Translations under genes and position numbers: made by a program
Shown here: positions 9,007 to 17,963 of the stretch, piece after piece
Position numbering within the stretch: the stretch's first letter is position 1
How the letters are laid out: each line of letters starts with the position of its first letter
Notes under the pieces: model-generated
The model's database searches: none
What the model was told of the DNA's origin: nothing
What the model saw: only the letters and a program-made list of their open reading frames with translations
Source: Promethearchaeota archaeon
Lineage (GTDB): Archaea; Asgardarchaeota; Lokiarchaeia; Sigyniarchaeales; SOKP01
DNA: 23,452 bases
Assembly (NCBI GenBank): GCA_016839745.1
Contig: JAEOTS010000047.1
Coordinates: forward strand, 1 to 23,452
Reading direction: 5' to 3'

Positions 9007-9930
9007 TCATAATTCTGAGATGATGTGTTTTAATTTTGTGTATATTTTATTAATCGCCTGACTTGCTACTGATTCCGGGGCATAATCAACTACAGGTTCT
9101 GCGTAAGACATCGCTTCCGGGATAGCCAAGTCGAAGTTAATCTCACCTAGAATCTCATAGTTCGATTTTCTAATATATTCATTTAATTTGTCTTGAGACG
9201 CGCTTTTTAAATCTGCTTTATTGATCACAATCCCGAAAGGAATGTTAAACTGGTTAACCATCTCAATTGCTCGGCTCAAATCGTGCAATCCTGATGGTGT
9301 TGGCTCTGTTATTGCAATGATATAATCTAAGCCCGAAACTGTAGCAATTACGGGGCAGCCTATTCCTGGTGGACCATCGATTAAAATAAGATTCGCGTCG
9401 CTAAACTCTTTTAGAGCAGTAGCGCGTTCTTTAACTTCTGAAACTAATAATCCCGAAGTAGTACTACCCAACTTAGTTTTACCATAAATTAAGGGAAATC
9501 CAATATCTGCCTTATAACTTATAATTTCTCCGCTTTTCACCGGATTAATTTCAAATGCATCTTCCGGGCATAAAACTTTACACGCTCCACACCCTTCACA
9601 CGCTAAGTAGTCGATAATGGGAACGTTGTTGCTCTCATCCCAATTTAGCGCGCTAAATTCGCAAAAATGGTTGTCATAACATTGCTTACATTGCACGCAC
9701 TTTTCTTCTAAAAATCGCGCTTTCTTTGTAGTAAATGTGTCTTGGGTTAGGACTTCTTCCTTTGATTTAGGGGGAAGTATTAAAGCTAAGTTAGGCGCAT
9801 CAACATCGCAATCAAGTATAATTAGATTAACTTCTTCATCTTTATGTGCAATGCTAGCGAGCGAAGCTACGAGCGAAGTTTTTCCCACCCCCCCTTTTCC
9901 ACTTATGACAGCAATTTTTTTTCTATTCAC
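9007..9930 (-). CDS. MinD/ParA-superfamily P-loop ATPase with inserted 2x[4Fe-4S] ferredoxin (COG1149 / Orp ATPase type)
   Basis: SGKGGVGKT, DCDVDAPNL, CVQCKQC..C, CEGCGACKVLCP, DGPPGIGCP, TEPTPSGLHDL, VINK. The GTG start overlaps the upstream TGA. Confidence 0.9.
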   Translation of the reverse strand: MNRKKIAVISGKGGVGKTSLVASLASIAHKDEEVNLIILDCDVDAPNLALILPPKSKEEVLTQDTFTTKKARFLEEKCVQCKQCYDNHFCEFSALNWDESNNVPIIDYLACEGCGACKVLCPEDAFEINPVKSGEIISYKADIGFPLIYGKTKLGSTTSGLLVSEVKERATALKEFSDANLILIDGPPGIGCPVIATVSGLDYIIAITEPTPSGLHDLSRAIEMVNQFNIPFGIVINKADLKSASQDKLNEYIRKSNYEILGEINFDLAIPEAMSYAEPVVDYAPESVASQAINKIYTKLKHIISEL

Positions 9931-10844
9931 CTTGGAAGTTCACCCCATTGAATTAAATTCTTAAAAATTATTTCAAATGATTTGTAGCCAGCCCCATCCC
10001 TATCAAATTTACTACTTTCTTCCATTAACGGAATACCTTGACAATACGAACTCACAATTTCTTCGTCTAAAGGGATGTCCCCTAAAATTTCTATACCATT
10101 TTTTTCTAAATCTTTTAAAAATTTCTCTTTATAACCCAAAAGCGATGATCGATTCACAATAACCTTGTATTCTTTCTTCAATAAATCAATCAATTCTATG
10201 ATTCTCAATAAATCAAGCTTTCCAAATCTGGTGGGTTCTGTAACTGGTACGACAAGATCAGCGCTATTAATTAATGCTTCTACATCGCAATGAGCTCCCG
10301 GTGCTGTGTCCAATATAACGATATCATATTTCTCTGGCTCTGCCTTTATAATGTTTTCTAAATTCTCTATCAATTTGTTTACAATTACGGCTGAACGCGC
10401 TTCGGATGGTATTAATTCCCCTAGAAAAAGATCTATGCCAAATGCGGAGGCTGTGTAATTATGCCCAATGACTTTTAGGTCGGGTTCAATGGCGTTAGTT
10501 GGACAAATCTTATAGCATAATTTGCATCCCGAACAGACCGTTGATATTGGAATTGGAATAGAATCTTTTATATATAATAGTGCGTGGGATTCACAATTTT
10601 CTGAGCATAACCCACACTTAGTACATTTATCTTCAACGATTTTAGGTAGAAAATATAGAACTTCTGTCTTATTCTTAAGCGTTGCGTTTAATAATAAAAA
10701 GGTATTAGGGTTCTCAACATCTCCGTCGATAAGAAGTACTTTATACCCCTGATTTTTAAACATCGTTGCCAAATTCACAGCAACCAGCGTTTTTCCAGTC
10801 CCGCCCTTACCACCAGTAACACAAATGACTTTAGGTTTGTGCAT
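9927..10844 (-). CDS. MinD/ParA-superfamily P-loop ATPase with inserted 2x[4Fe-4S] ferredoxin (COG1149 / Orp ATPase type)
   Basis: GGKGGTGKT, DGDVENPN, CTKCGLCSENC, CSGCKLCYKICP, DTAPGAHC, VTEPTRFG, IVNR. Confidence 0.9.
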   Translation of the reverse strand: MHKPKVICVTGGKGGTGKTLVAVNLATMFKNQGYKVLLIDGDVENPNTFLLLNATLKNKTEVLYFLPKIVEDKCTKCGLCSENCESHALLYIKDSIPIPISTVCSGCKLCYKICPTNAIEPDLKVIGHNYTASAFGIDLFLGELIPSEARSAVIVNKLIENLENIIKAEPEKYDIVILDTAPGAHCDVEALINSADLVVPVTEPTRFGKLDLLRIIELIDLLKKEYKVIVNRSSLLGYKEKFLKDLEKNGIEILGDIPLDEEIVSSYCQGIPLMEESSKFDRDGAGYKSFEIIFKNLIQWGELPR

Positions 10845-10901
10845 TATTAGTATTTCTTTAAATTAATTAAGTTATATAAGAATAATTTTACTCAATTAGA
10901 A

Positions 10902-11366
10902 TTAAGTTCTTCTACCGCCACCACCCATTCCGCCGCCTCTGCCACCACCCATTCCGCCGCCTCTACCACCACCCATGCCTCCACCCATCCCTGCGTGGGC
11001 AGCAACATTTGCTGAGGTAATAACATTCAATTTACCGCTTAAACGTAAATCTATTAATTCTTTCACGGTTAAACTTCCACCCAGAGATTGATAAATTTTA
11101 ATATTTAAAGCGCTTAAAGAATTCATCGCGTTAGGCCCTAAATTGCCTACAATTACCTCAGTGGCTCCGTTATTACCAATGATTTGAGCCGATTGAATTC
11201 CCGCACCACCCATCGCACCCTGCGCGTCATTTGCAACGGATCTTACTTCTACTATTTCGTTATTCTCAATTGTAACAAATGTGAAACTGTTGCACCTTCC
11301 AAAACGAGTATTCATAACCTCATTCAAGCCTTTATTTCCAAAGGTAGGAATACTAACTATTACCAT
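10902..11366 (-). CDS. NifB/NifX (COG1433, Orange protein-like) family protein with Gly/Arg/Met tail
   Basis: RFGRC, GGAGIQSAQ, GNLGPNA motifs; AAGGTGA SD-like sequence upstream. Confidence 0.9.
   Translation of the reverse strand: MVIVSIPTFGNKGLNEVMNTRFGRCNSFTFVTIENNEIVEVRSVANDAQGAMGGAGIQSAQIIGNNGATEVIVGNLGPNAMNSLSALNIKIYQSLGGSLTVKELIDLRLSGKLNVITSANVAAHAGMGGGMGGGRGGGMGGGRGGGMGGGGRRT
10918..10976. repeat. 24-bp coding tandem repeat (about 2.5 copies) encoding GGGMGGGR
   Basis: ccaccacccattccgccgcctct(g/a) at 10918-10941 and 10942-10965, with a partial copy at 10966-10976. Confidence 0.85.
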
Positions 11367-11425
11367 TTTTTACATATCACCTTTTAAAGTATAATTAACC
11401 TAATTTTTATTAGAATATAAAATTT

Positions 11426-11441
11426 ATGAATGATTATTCTA
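11426..11441. promoter_or_regulatory. putative operator palindrome GAATGATTATTC
   Basis: About 60 nt upstream of the nifX-ATPase operon; recurring motif. Confidence 0.5.
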
Positions 11442-11586
11442 AATAATCATTAAAAAAAACTAATAATTTTTAATCATTCTTCTTAAAACTAAGGATTTTA
11501 TCAGCTTTTTTTCTTAAAAATACAATTTACTAGGTTCTAATTTCAAAAAAATGAGCGGTTAAAAAAATTTCAAAAAAAAATACAGT

Positions 11587-11973
11587 TTACTCCAGACCTT
11601 TATCAAATATAAGATCCTCTGACGGAATCATTTTTACTTTCCCTTTTAAGTAGAGCTCTAATAAATCTTTTACGAGTAATTTTCGATCAGGCGCCTGGAA
11701 TGTTTTTATATTTAAAGAATTTAGTGCCATGGAAGCATTTGGTCCCAATTTGCTGACAATCAGCTTTTCAGCGTCATTATTTCTAACAATTTTAGCTGCT
11801 AGTGTTCCCGAACTATGCGATTCATCAGCTGCAGAATTTTCGATTACTCTTACTTGCGTAATTTCATTATTATCTATTGTAATAAACGTAAAACTATCGC
11901 ATCGTCCAAATTTGGGGTGGACTATTTCATTTAATCCACCCTCTCTATAACTCGGGATTGCTATTATTTCCAT
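11587..11973 (-). CDS. NifB/NifX (COG1433) family protein
   Basis: KFGRC, SKLGPNA; clear paralogue of the adjacent 10902-11366 gene. Confidence 0.88.
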   Translation of the reverse strand: MEIIAIPSYREGGLNEIVHPKFGRCDSFTFITIDNNEITQVRVIENSAADESHSSGTLAAKIVRNNDAEKLIVSKLGPNASMALNSLNIKTFQAPDRKLLVKDLLELYLKGKVKMIPSEDLIFDKGLE

Positions 11974-12142
11974 TTGAGTAAAACCTCGATATTAAAATCT
12001 TAAGAGTAATTAGATTTGTGGTTATAGATTTGAATAATTAACTAAAAGTTTAAAATATTTTCATAGTTCCATCTATAAATCCTTTACAAATTTCTTGTTT
12101 TTTAAATCATTATTTAATATAAGGGAAAAATTAAAAAAAAAA

Positions 12143-12156
12143 GAATAATTATTCAT
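12143..12156. promoter_or_regulatory. putative operator palindrome GAATAATTATTC
   Basis: Perfect 12-bp palindrome between the divergent nifX-like and mrp genes. Confidence 0.5.
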
Positions 12157-12327
12157 AATAATTTTAAATTTATAATTATCCATGAACAAATTTATTGAAA
12201 TATAACTGAAAGTATGTAAGAGTTTTCAAAATATTAACGATAAATTAAAGGAGATAGTCTTATCTTTAAAATTATTAACATTAATAAAAAACAAATAGCA
12301 AAAAACCATTGAAAAAGTGAATGAATT

Positions 12328-13200
12328 ATGGGAGAAAATGAAATACCTGATATAGATTTAAAAGAAACAGTGAACCAAGGCAAACAAGAGGCATTGGACC
12401 AGCAAATGGTGAATATTCGTAATAACATGGCTAAAATAAAACATAAAATTGTGGTCATATCAGGAAAGGGAGGCGTTGGGAAAACAACTGTAGCAGTAAA
12501 CCTCGCGATGAGTTTAGCAAGCGTAGGTTTACGTGTGGGGATACTAGATGTAGACATAACAGGGCCGAATGTTAATAAGATGTTAGGTATTGACACAAAT
12601 ATCAGGCCTCGAGTTGACCCAGAAGCAAAGAAGTTCTACCCCGTCGATGGACCCTTAAACACGAAAGTCGTTAGTATGGCTTTTTTAATAGAAGATAGCG
12701 ATACTCCAGTAATTTGGCGTGGTCCAATGAAAATGTCAGCTGTTCGACAATTTTTAGGAGAAGCAAAGTGGGGCGATCTTGATTATTTGATCTGTGATTT
12801 ACCTCCGGGCACTTCTGACGAAACTCTTGATATATTGCAATTAATTCCAGATGAGAATGTAGTTGTTGTATCCACACCACAAGAAGTTGCGCTTATGGAC
12901 GCTCGAAAGACAATTGTAATGGCAAAAACAATGGAAAGACATGTCATGGGGATAATTGAAAATATGTCTGGTTTTAAATGCCCACATTGTAGTGAATTTA
13001 TTGATCTTTTCCCTCCTGGTGGCGCAGAAAGGGCTTCCAAAGATTTTAATATTAAATTTTTAGGAAAAATTCCCTTTGAGATCGAAGTTAGTCAACAAGG
13101 AGATCGGGGTTTACCATTTATATTGAAATACCCCGAAAGCGAAAGTACTAAGGCATTTAAAGCAGCTGTATCTAAAATAAGAGAAGAATTAGAAAAATAA
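12328..13200 (+). CDS. mrp: Mrp/Nbp35 (ApbC) Fe-S cluster carrier ATPase
   Basis: SGKGGVGKTT, DVDITGP, PVIWRGP, WGDLDYLICDLPPGTSD, STPQ, IENMSGFKCPHC. Confidence 0.95.
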   Translation: MGENEIPDIDLKETVNQGKQEALDQQMVNIRNNMAKIKHKIVVISGKGGVGKTTVAVNLAMSLASVGLRVGILDVDITGPNVNKMLGIDTNIRPRVDPEAKKFYPVDGPLNTKVVSMAFLIEDSDTPVIWRGPMKMSAVRQFLGEAKWGDLDYLICDLPPGTSDETLDILQLIPDENVVVVSTPQEVALMDARKTIVMAKTMERHVMGIIENMSGFKCPHCSEFIDLFPPGGAERASKDFNIKFLGKIPFEIEVSQQGDRGLPFILKYPESESTKAFKAAVSKIREELEK

Positions 13201-13228
13201 TTTTTTATTAATTTTTTATTTTGATTTT

Positions 13229-13612
13229 TTATTGGCAGTTATGATCTGAGTGATCGCTACCTGCACATATAGGCTCATTTAAGGCCTGCAATTTACCTTG
13301 TAAAAATAGTTGGATATTCTCAGACAGAGTTCCCTTTACCCCTTTGAATAATCCAATTCCATAGTGAGTAAACCCTGCATATGGTCGTCCACCTATTCCT
13401 CCTACAATCATGTCTGTTACGCTTCTTTGTTGCATGTTATTAACTGGTTCCATACAACTAGTGTGCCCATTATTTTGTAAAGAAAATAACTTTTTCATGT
13501 TTTTTTTTTCGTCAATTTCTATTCCAACGAAATAAGTACAATGCCCGAAATGATCTGAAATTGTATCGGATAGTTCTGGTCCATTGGAAGGAATGCCTAT
13601 AACTTTATTCAT
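13229..13612 (-). CDS. NifB/NifX (COG1433) family protein with Cys/His tail
   Basis: HFGHC, GHTSC, VGGIGGRP, ICAGSDHSDHNCQ. Confidence 0.88.
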   Translation of the reverse strand: MNKVIGIPSNGPELSDTISDHFGHCTYFVGIEIDEKKNMKKLFSLQNNGHTSCMEPVNNMQQRSVTDMIVGGIGGRPYAGFTHYGIGLFKGVKGTLSENIQLFLQGKLQALNEPICAGSDHSDHNCQ

Positions 13613-13644
13613 ATTATATCAGCTTTTTTATATTTTTTTTGTAA

Positions 13645-13660
13645 TTGAATGAGTATTCAT
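13645..13660. promoter_or_regulatory. putative operator palindrome GAATGAGTATTC
   Basis: TTGAATGAGTATTCAT about 35 nt upstream of the 13612 start. Confidence 0.45.
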
Positions 13661-14010
13661 AAGAAAATAAAGTTATTGGTTATAAATTATCATGTATTTG
13701 TCTCTGAAAAAAAATTAACATTGTTCTTTAACCGACAAAAAGATAAAAATCGTTAAAGTCACATGAAATTTGGGATTATATATCACCATAATATAAATTC
13801 TGATAAATAATAAAAGAATTTAAACAAATAGTTATATAATTTTATTACTCAATTTGAGAGTTGAAAATCTTCATAAAAACTGGTTAAAGGTAGTTTAAAA
13901 TTAACTTAGCTCAAAATTCAGAAGTATCAAAGCTTTTAAAAGGCATTGTTATTTGTAAGGAAACTGGCATATATTTACTAGATCTCATTTTAGATTCTGA
14001 AATTAATCCT

Positions 14011-14388
14011 ATGTTGCTGTCTTCTTTTGTAGGAGCGCTCTCACTATTTGGAGCGGAAAACATGGGAAAGATTGAAGAAATAACGATTAAAGGTCTATCT
14101 ATTCAAATGATAATAGTGAATAAATTTGACCTGGTTTTGATAGCGATAATGGACAAAGATTTTGTTAAAGAAGATATTAGGGAGGAAGCAGTAAAAGCGC
14201 TGGACATGTTTTATCATCTATATCAAGACGAAATTGACGATTGCACTGATGTTTCTCAATTTGAATCGTTTAAAAAAGTCTTATACGACCAAATCGTTGA
14301 GTATTTCAACCGAACTAATGGGCGGAAAAAAGAAAAAATTCGAGATTTCGGATTTTTCACTGAAGCAATTGAACAAACGAGAAACTAA
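14011..14388 (+). CDS. longin/roadblock-like small protein (Asgard type); likely starts upstream near 13900-13906
   Basis: The frame is open from 13894: ...LLKGIVICKETGIYLLDL...INPMLLSSFVGALSLFG...IEEITIKG..MIIVNKFDLVLIAIMD...ALDMFYHLY, a beta-beta-alpha-beta-beta-beta-alpha longin-like pattern. Confidence 0.65.
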   Translation: MLLSSFVGALSLFGAENMGKIEEITIKGLSIQMIIVNKFDLVLIAIMDKDFVKEDIREEAVKALDMFYHLYQDEIDDCTDVSQFESFKKVLYDQIVEYFNRTNGRKKEKIRDFGFFTEAIEQTRN

Positions 14389-14420
14389 TAATTAATAACT
14401 TTTTTTCTCTTTATACGGCT

Positions 14421-15305
14421 TTAAAAATTCTCAGTTTTTCTCTTAAAAATGATATCTCCTTCTTTAACGGAAAACAGTCTTTCCATTAATGAACACTTAG
14501 CTTTTAATAAATAATAAACATCTTTACCTGAAATTTCCATTCCATATAAACTTTCGAAATTTCCTTGACCTTTTGATAATATCACGCCATCCTTTAAAAA
14601 AAATTGCTTCTTGAACTCATCTGTAGTTGATGGAAGGTCAATACCCGGCGTACCACTTGCTTCTATAACTTGGACTACATCGGTTAGACCAATAAATTTA
14701 GCGTCTTCTACAGTTGCGTCGTTAATAATTGGGTCTGATCTAACCGAACATATGATTTCCAGCTCTGGAAAAGTTTTAAGCATAGTTTCTACTAATAACT
14801 TATCAAATACAATTTCCCCTGCGTTATCTAATAAAATAAGTAGGTGGTTAGTATTTTGAAGTGATTGCTTAAATATATTGAAGTCGTTTATTGCTAAGTT
14901 TTCTGGAGTAAAGTTTTTAATATCTTTGATAAAATCGATTTTATGATTGGTGCCAAAATCAATTGTATTCCCAAGAGCGGCAATTATAATTGCCTGAAAT
15001 AAGGGATCTCTAGCGTTATTGATGAGTTCTTTAGCCTCATCGTAGAACTGTAAAGCTAATTGGTTATATTCTTTTTTAATTGAAGCGTAGGGGTCTTTTA
15101 CACCTAAAGCTTCAGCAACCAAGTTGTATGCTACTTTACCGATTATCGGAGATGCTCTTTTTTCTAAATTAAAACTCAGGAGGTATTCCATTAATTTTTT
15201 TTGAGTTTCTAAAATTATTTCACGGGATATATCCGGTTTCAACAATTGAAAGGCTCTTAACACTTGGTTAAAAAGACACGGTATACATTCGGGTTCTAGG
15301 ATCAT
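14421..15305 (-). CDS. DUF89/ARMT1-like damage-control phosphatase
   Basis: ECIPC, DPY, GNTID, DNAGEIVFD, INDAT, KGQGNFESL, KAKC. Confidence 0.92.
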   Translation of the reverse strand: MILEPECIPCLFNQVLRAFQLLKPDISREIILETQKKLMEYLLSFNLEKRASPIIGKVAYNLVAEALGVKDPYASIKKEYNQLALQFYDEAKELINNARDPLFQAIIIAALGNTIDFGTNHKIDFIKDIKNFTPENLAINDFNIFKQSLQNTNHLLILLDNAGEIVFDKLLVETMLKTFPELEIICSVRSDPIINDATVEDAKFIGLTDVVQVIEASGTPGIDLPSTTDEFKKQFFLKDGVILSKGQGNFESLYGMEISGKDVYYLLKAKCSLMERLFSVKEGDIIFKRKTENF

Positions 15306-15390
15306 TTCTATATTTCTTTCCAGTCTAATGATATGAAAAAATTTAGAGAAATTATAAATTCTTTTAATAATCGTGAAAAAAAAAAAAGAA

Positions 15391-15400
15391 TTTTATATAA
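15391..15400 (+). promoter_or_regulatory. putative BRE/TATA
   Basis: Purine run followed by TTTTATATAA, about 55 nt upstream of the MFS gene. Confidence 0.3.
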
Positions 15401-15451
15401 CAAAAGAAAATTATTGTATATTATCATTAAAATCTACTTTAAAATAAAAAT

Positions 15452-16768
15452 ATGATAAAAATGTCAGAAACATCAAAATTTAGAGTTGGACATACTTTTA
15501 TTATTGGTTTAGCTTTTTTTTCTTCTGAAATTGCCTGGGCACTTTATAACGCACAAGTTCCTTTGTTATTAAGTGATTATTTTACTTCTTTATTCATAAT
15601 TGGCTTACTTATGGCATTAGATAACATTATTGGAGTAATAATTCAGCCTATTATGGGTTCAATCTCCGACAACACACGTACTAAATTCGGAAGAAGAATG
15701 CCATATTTGATTATAGGGATTCCTTTAGGCGCGTTATTTTTCTCTTTAATTCCAACACAAACTTCGATTATAATGCTACTAATCTATATGTTCTTATTTG
15801 GAATAAGTATGGGCTTTTATAGGGCCCAAGCTGTTTCATTGATGCCAGATTTCGTAAGACCAGTTCATAGAAGTAAAGGAAACGCAATAATAAATCTTAT
15901 GGGAGGCCTTGGAGTGGCAATCGGATACGGGTTCAGTATTTTACTTGGTATAGTTGGACTACAACTATTATTTCTAATTATTTCAATAATAATGGTAGTT
16001 GCTCTTCTGGTTCTATTATGGCGAATAAAAGAAAAAGATTCATACAGTTATCAGTTAATTTTAGAAATGGAAGGAAAAGAAGGAGAAAAAGTCAAAGAAG
16101 AAAAGACTACTCCTGGATTGATCGAGAGTATTAAGGACATAGCCTCCGAGGAAGATAAGAGCACAATTTTTATGTTATTAGCGATCTTCTTTTGGTTCAT
16201 TGGATATCAGGGAATCGTTGCGCTTGTTTCAATTTATGGAGTGCAGGTGTTAGGTTACGACGAAGGTCTTGCGGGGTTCTTACCTTTTATAGTTACTGTT
16301 CCTCTTTTAATATCAATATATCCTCTATCGTTACTTCCTGCTAAAATTGGGAGAAGAACAACAATTAAAATCGGGGTCATACTATGGACGGTTATGTTAA
16401 TAGTTGGATTCTTCATGGGGCTTGCCAAAGTTCCATTAGGCATAATGGCAATTCCACTTGCTTTACTTGGAATCGGATGGGCAATGATTAACACCAATTC
16501 AATCGTAATTGTATGGGAATTAGCTCCTAGTGAAAAGAAAATTGGCACATATACAGGATTATATTACTTTTTCAGTTACTTTGCTGCTATATTAGGACCT
16601 ATGATCGTCGGCGGTCTTACAGATTTACTTGGAATATCATTCTTACTTCTTAATGGCGCCATATTCTTCATCTTAGCTTTTGTTATGATGATGTTCGTAA
16701 AAAGAGGCGAAGTTGAACTTACGGAAGAAGAAAAATTAGCAAGGCAAAAAACAATCCAAGAATTATAA
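15452..16768 (+). CDS. MFS transporter (maltose/sucrose-type, SLC45/GPH-like)
   Basis: About 12 TM segments; LDNIIG..IQP.MG..SDNTRTKFGRRMPY, SLMPD, RSKGNA, GTYTGLYYFFS. The start may be 15461. Confidence 0.88.
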   Translation: MIKMSETSKFRVGHTFIIGLAFFSSEIAWALYNAQVPLLLSDYFTSLFIIGLLMALDNIIGVIIQPIMGSISDNTRTKFGRRMPYLIIGIPLGALFFSLIPTQTSIIMLLIYMFLFGISMGFYRAQAVSLMPDFVRPVHRSKGNAIINLMGGLGVAIGYGFSILLGIVGLQLLFLIISIIMVVALLVLLWRIKEKDSYSYQLILEMEGKEGEKVKEEKTTPGLIESIKDIASEEDKSTIFMLLAIFFWFIGYQGIVALVSIYGVQVLGYDEGLAGFLPFIVTVPLLISIYPLSLLPAKIGRRTTIKIGVILWTVMLIVGFFMGLAKVPLGIMAIPLALLGIGWAMINTNSIVIVWELAPSEKKIGTYTGLYYFFSYFAAILGPMIVGGLTDLLGISFLLLNGAIFFILAFVMMMFVKRGEVELTEEEKLARQKTIQEL

Positions 16769-16879
16769 ATAATTCTTTTTTTTTATTTTATTTAAATCCA
16801 TTAGAATAATAGATTCAACTAGAGATATTCTTGATAATAGCGTTTTAGACTCTGAATTTTAATAAGAAAGAAAAAAAAA

Positions 16880-17032
16880 TTAAAATTCTATTTCAACATT
16901 AATCGATTTAATGTCTTCAGGGATACCTTTTGCTGATTTTAAATACCCCAACATCAAATTCTTCAGCATTTCTTCCATAAAATCGTTTAAAGGAACTTTT
17001 TCATCGTTTACTTTTAAATTAACATCTGACAT
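16880..17032 (-). CDS. 50-aa protein resembling the C-terminal extension of MobB
   Basis: Read manually (below the ORF-track cutoff): MSDVNLKVNDEKVPLNDFMEEMLKNLMLGYLKSAKGIPEDIKSINVEIEF*; co-oriented just downstream of the DtxR-like gene and followed by an oligo-T on the minus strand. Confidence 0.75.
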   Translation of the reverse strand: MSDVNLKVNDEKVPLNDFMEEMLKNLMLGYLKSAKGIPEDIKSINVEIEF

Positions 17033-17077
17033 GATTTCTAATTAAAGATTAAACGATTTAAATTTTAACTTTATTTT

Positions 17078-17482
17078 TTAAATATTTTCTTGAATTTCTC
17101 TAAGAGAAAGGTTTTCTAAAGCATCTGATATCTCTGGCGATATTTTATGCTCTATTTTGCAGCAGAGTTCGTCGAGTTCAGAAGCATTGTCCACCCCTAA
17201 AATGTCCCCAAAGAAATGCTTCAATTGGTTATATTTATTGATAGTTATTAACGCGACTTCTTTACCTTTCGCTGTTAATCTTACTGATTTCCTAGGATAC
17301 CAATGAATGTAGTTATTCTTTTTTAATTTATATAACATACTTGATACTGAAGCGGGTTTAACTTTAAGAAAGTTAGAAATCTCTGAATTTGAGACCCAGC
17401 CTCCCCTGTTTTTCCTAGATACGATATAAATTGCTTTAAGATAATCTTCGTAAGTATCTCTAATTTGCGACATCCGATTCAA
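17078..17482 (-). CDS. DtxR/MntR family metal-dependent transcriptional regulator (no FeoA domain)
   Basis: EDYLKAIY, HTH EISNFLKVKPASVSSML.KL, LTAKG..A, CKIEH; TTG start (or ATG at 17473). Confidence 0.9.
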   Translation of the reverse strand: MNRMSQIRDTYEDYLKAIYIVSRKNRGGWVSNSEISNFLKVKPASVSSMLYKLKKNNYIHWYPRKSVRLTAKGKEVALITINKYNQLKHFFGDILGVDNASELDELCCKIEHKISPEISDALENLSLREIQENI

Positions 17483-17536
17483 CTTTAGTTGTTCTGGACT
17501 ATGTAATTTTTAATAATAAAAAAAATGAAAAAAAAG

Positions 17537-17917
17537 TTATTCCTTTTTTTCTAATTCTACAATACTTTTGGATATGTCTTCAAGCGCGGAACTTATACCT
17601 TTAAGTTCGGATTCTAAGTAATCCTTTTCCTGTTTTAGCATTGTTAATTTATCTACTGGTTCTAAAGGGATTCTTGAAGTATAAACCGGAGCTGTAGGTA
17701 TAAATGGAGGAGAATATACAGTTTCTCTATAAGCCCACCCTCTTCCATATCCCCTTCCTCGTCCGACACCATATGCCATCCCTCGGCCTCTACCTCTTCC
17801 ATAACCTAACCCTGGGCCGTAAGCATATCCCGGAGCTTCATATCCCGCACAATATCCTAAACCTCTTCCGGTTCTCGCTCCAAGGCCTCTAGGACCAGTT
17901 CTATCTCCACCAGGCAT
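17537..17917 (-). CDS. DUF5320 family protein (RG/YG-rich, C-terminal coiled coil)
   Basis: MPGGDRTGP.G.G..TGRGLGYC N-terminus, GRGRG region, heptad C-terminus; GGAG SD-like sequence. Confidence 0.88.
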   Translation of the reverse strand: MPGGDRTGPRGLGARTGRGLGYCAGYEAPGYAYGPGLGYGRGRGRGMAYGVGRGRGYGRGWAYRETVYSPPFIPTAPVYTSRIPLEPVDKLTMLKQEKDYLESELKGISSALEDISKSIVELEKKE

Positions 17918-17963
17918 TATTTTATTATCATCTCCTTATTATTATTTTTTTTAAAATTAGATT

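Noticed and set aside
10918-10976. CRISPR-like or mobile-element repeat
   Set aside because: The repeats are contiguous, spacerless and in-frame coding; no cas or transposase genes were seen.
9007-13612. Nitrogen fixation, or a Min/Par partition system
   Set aside because: There are no nifHDK/EN, minC/E or parB genes; the proteins match the COG1149/COG1433/Mrp families.
16780-16862. Short stop-free minus-strand stretch (..SKTLLSRISLVESIILMDLNK..) as a gene remnant
   Set aside because: Too short, with no start codon context and no recognisable family.
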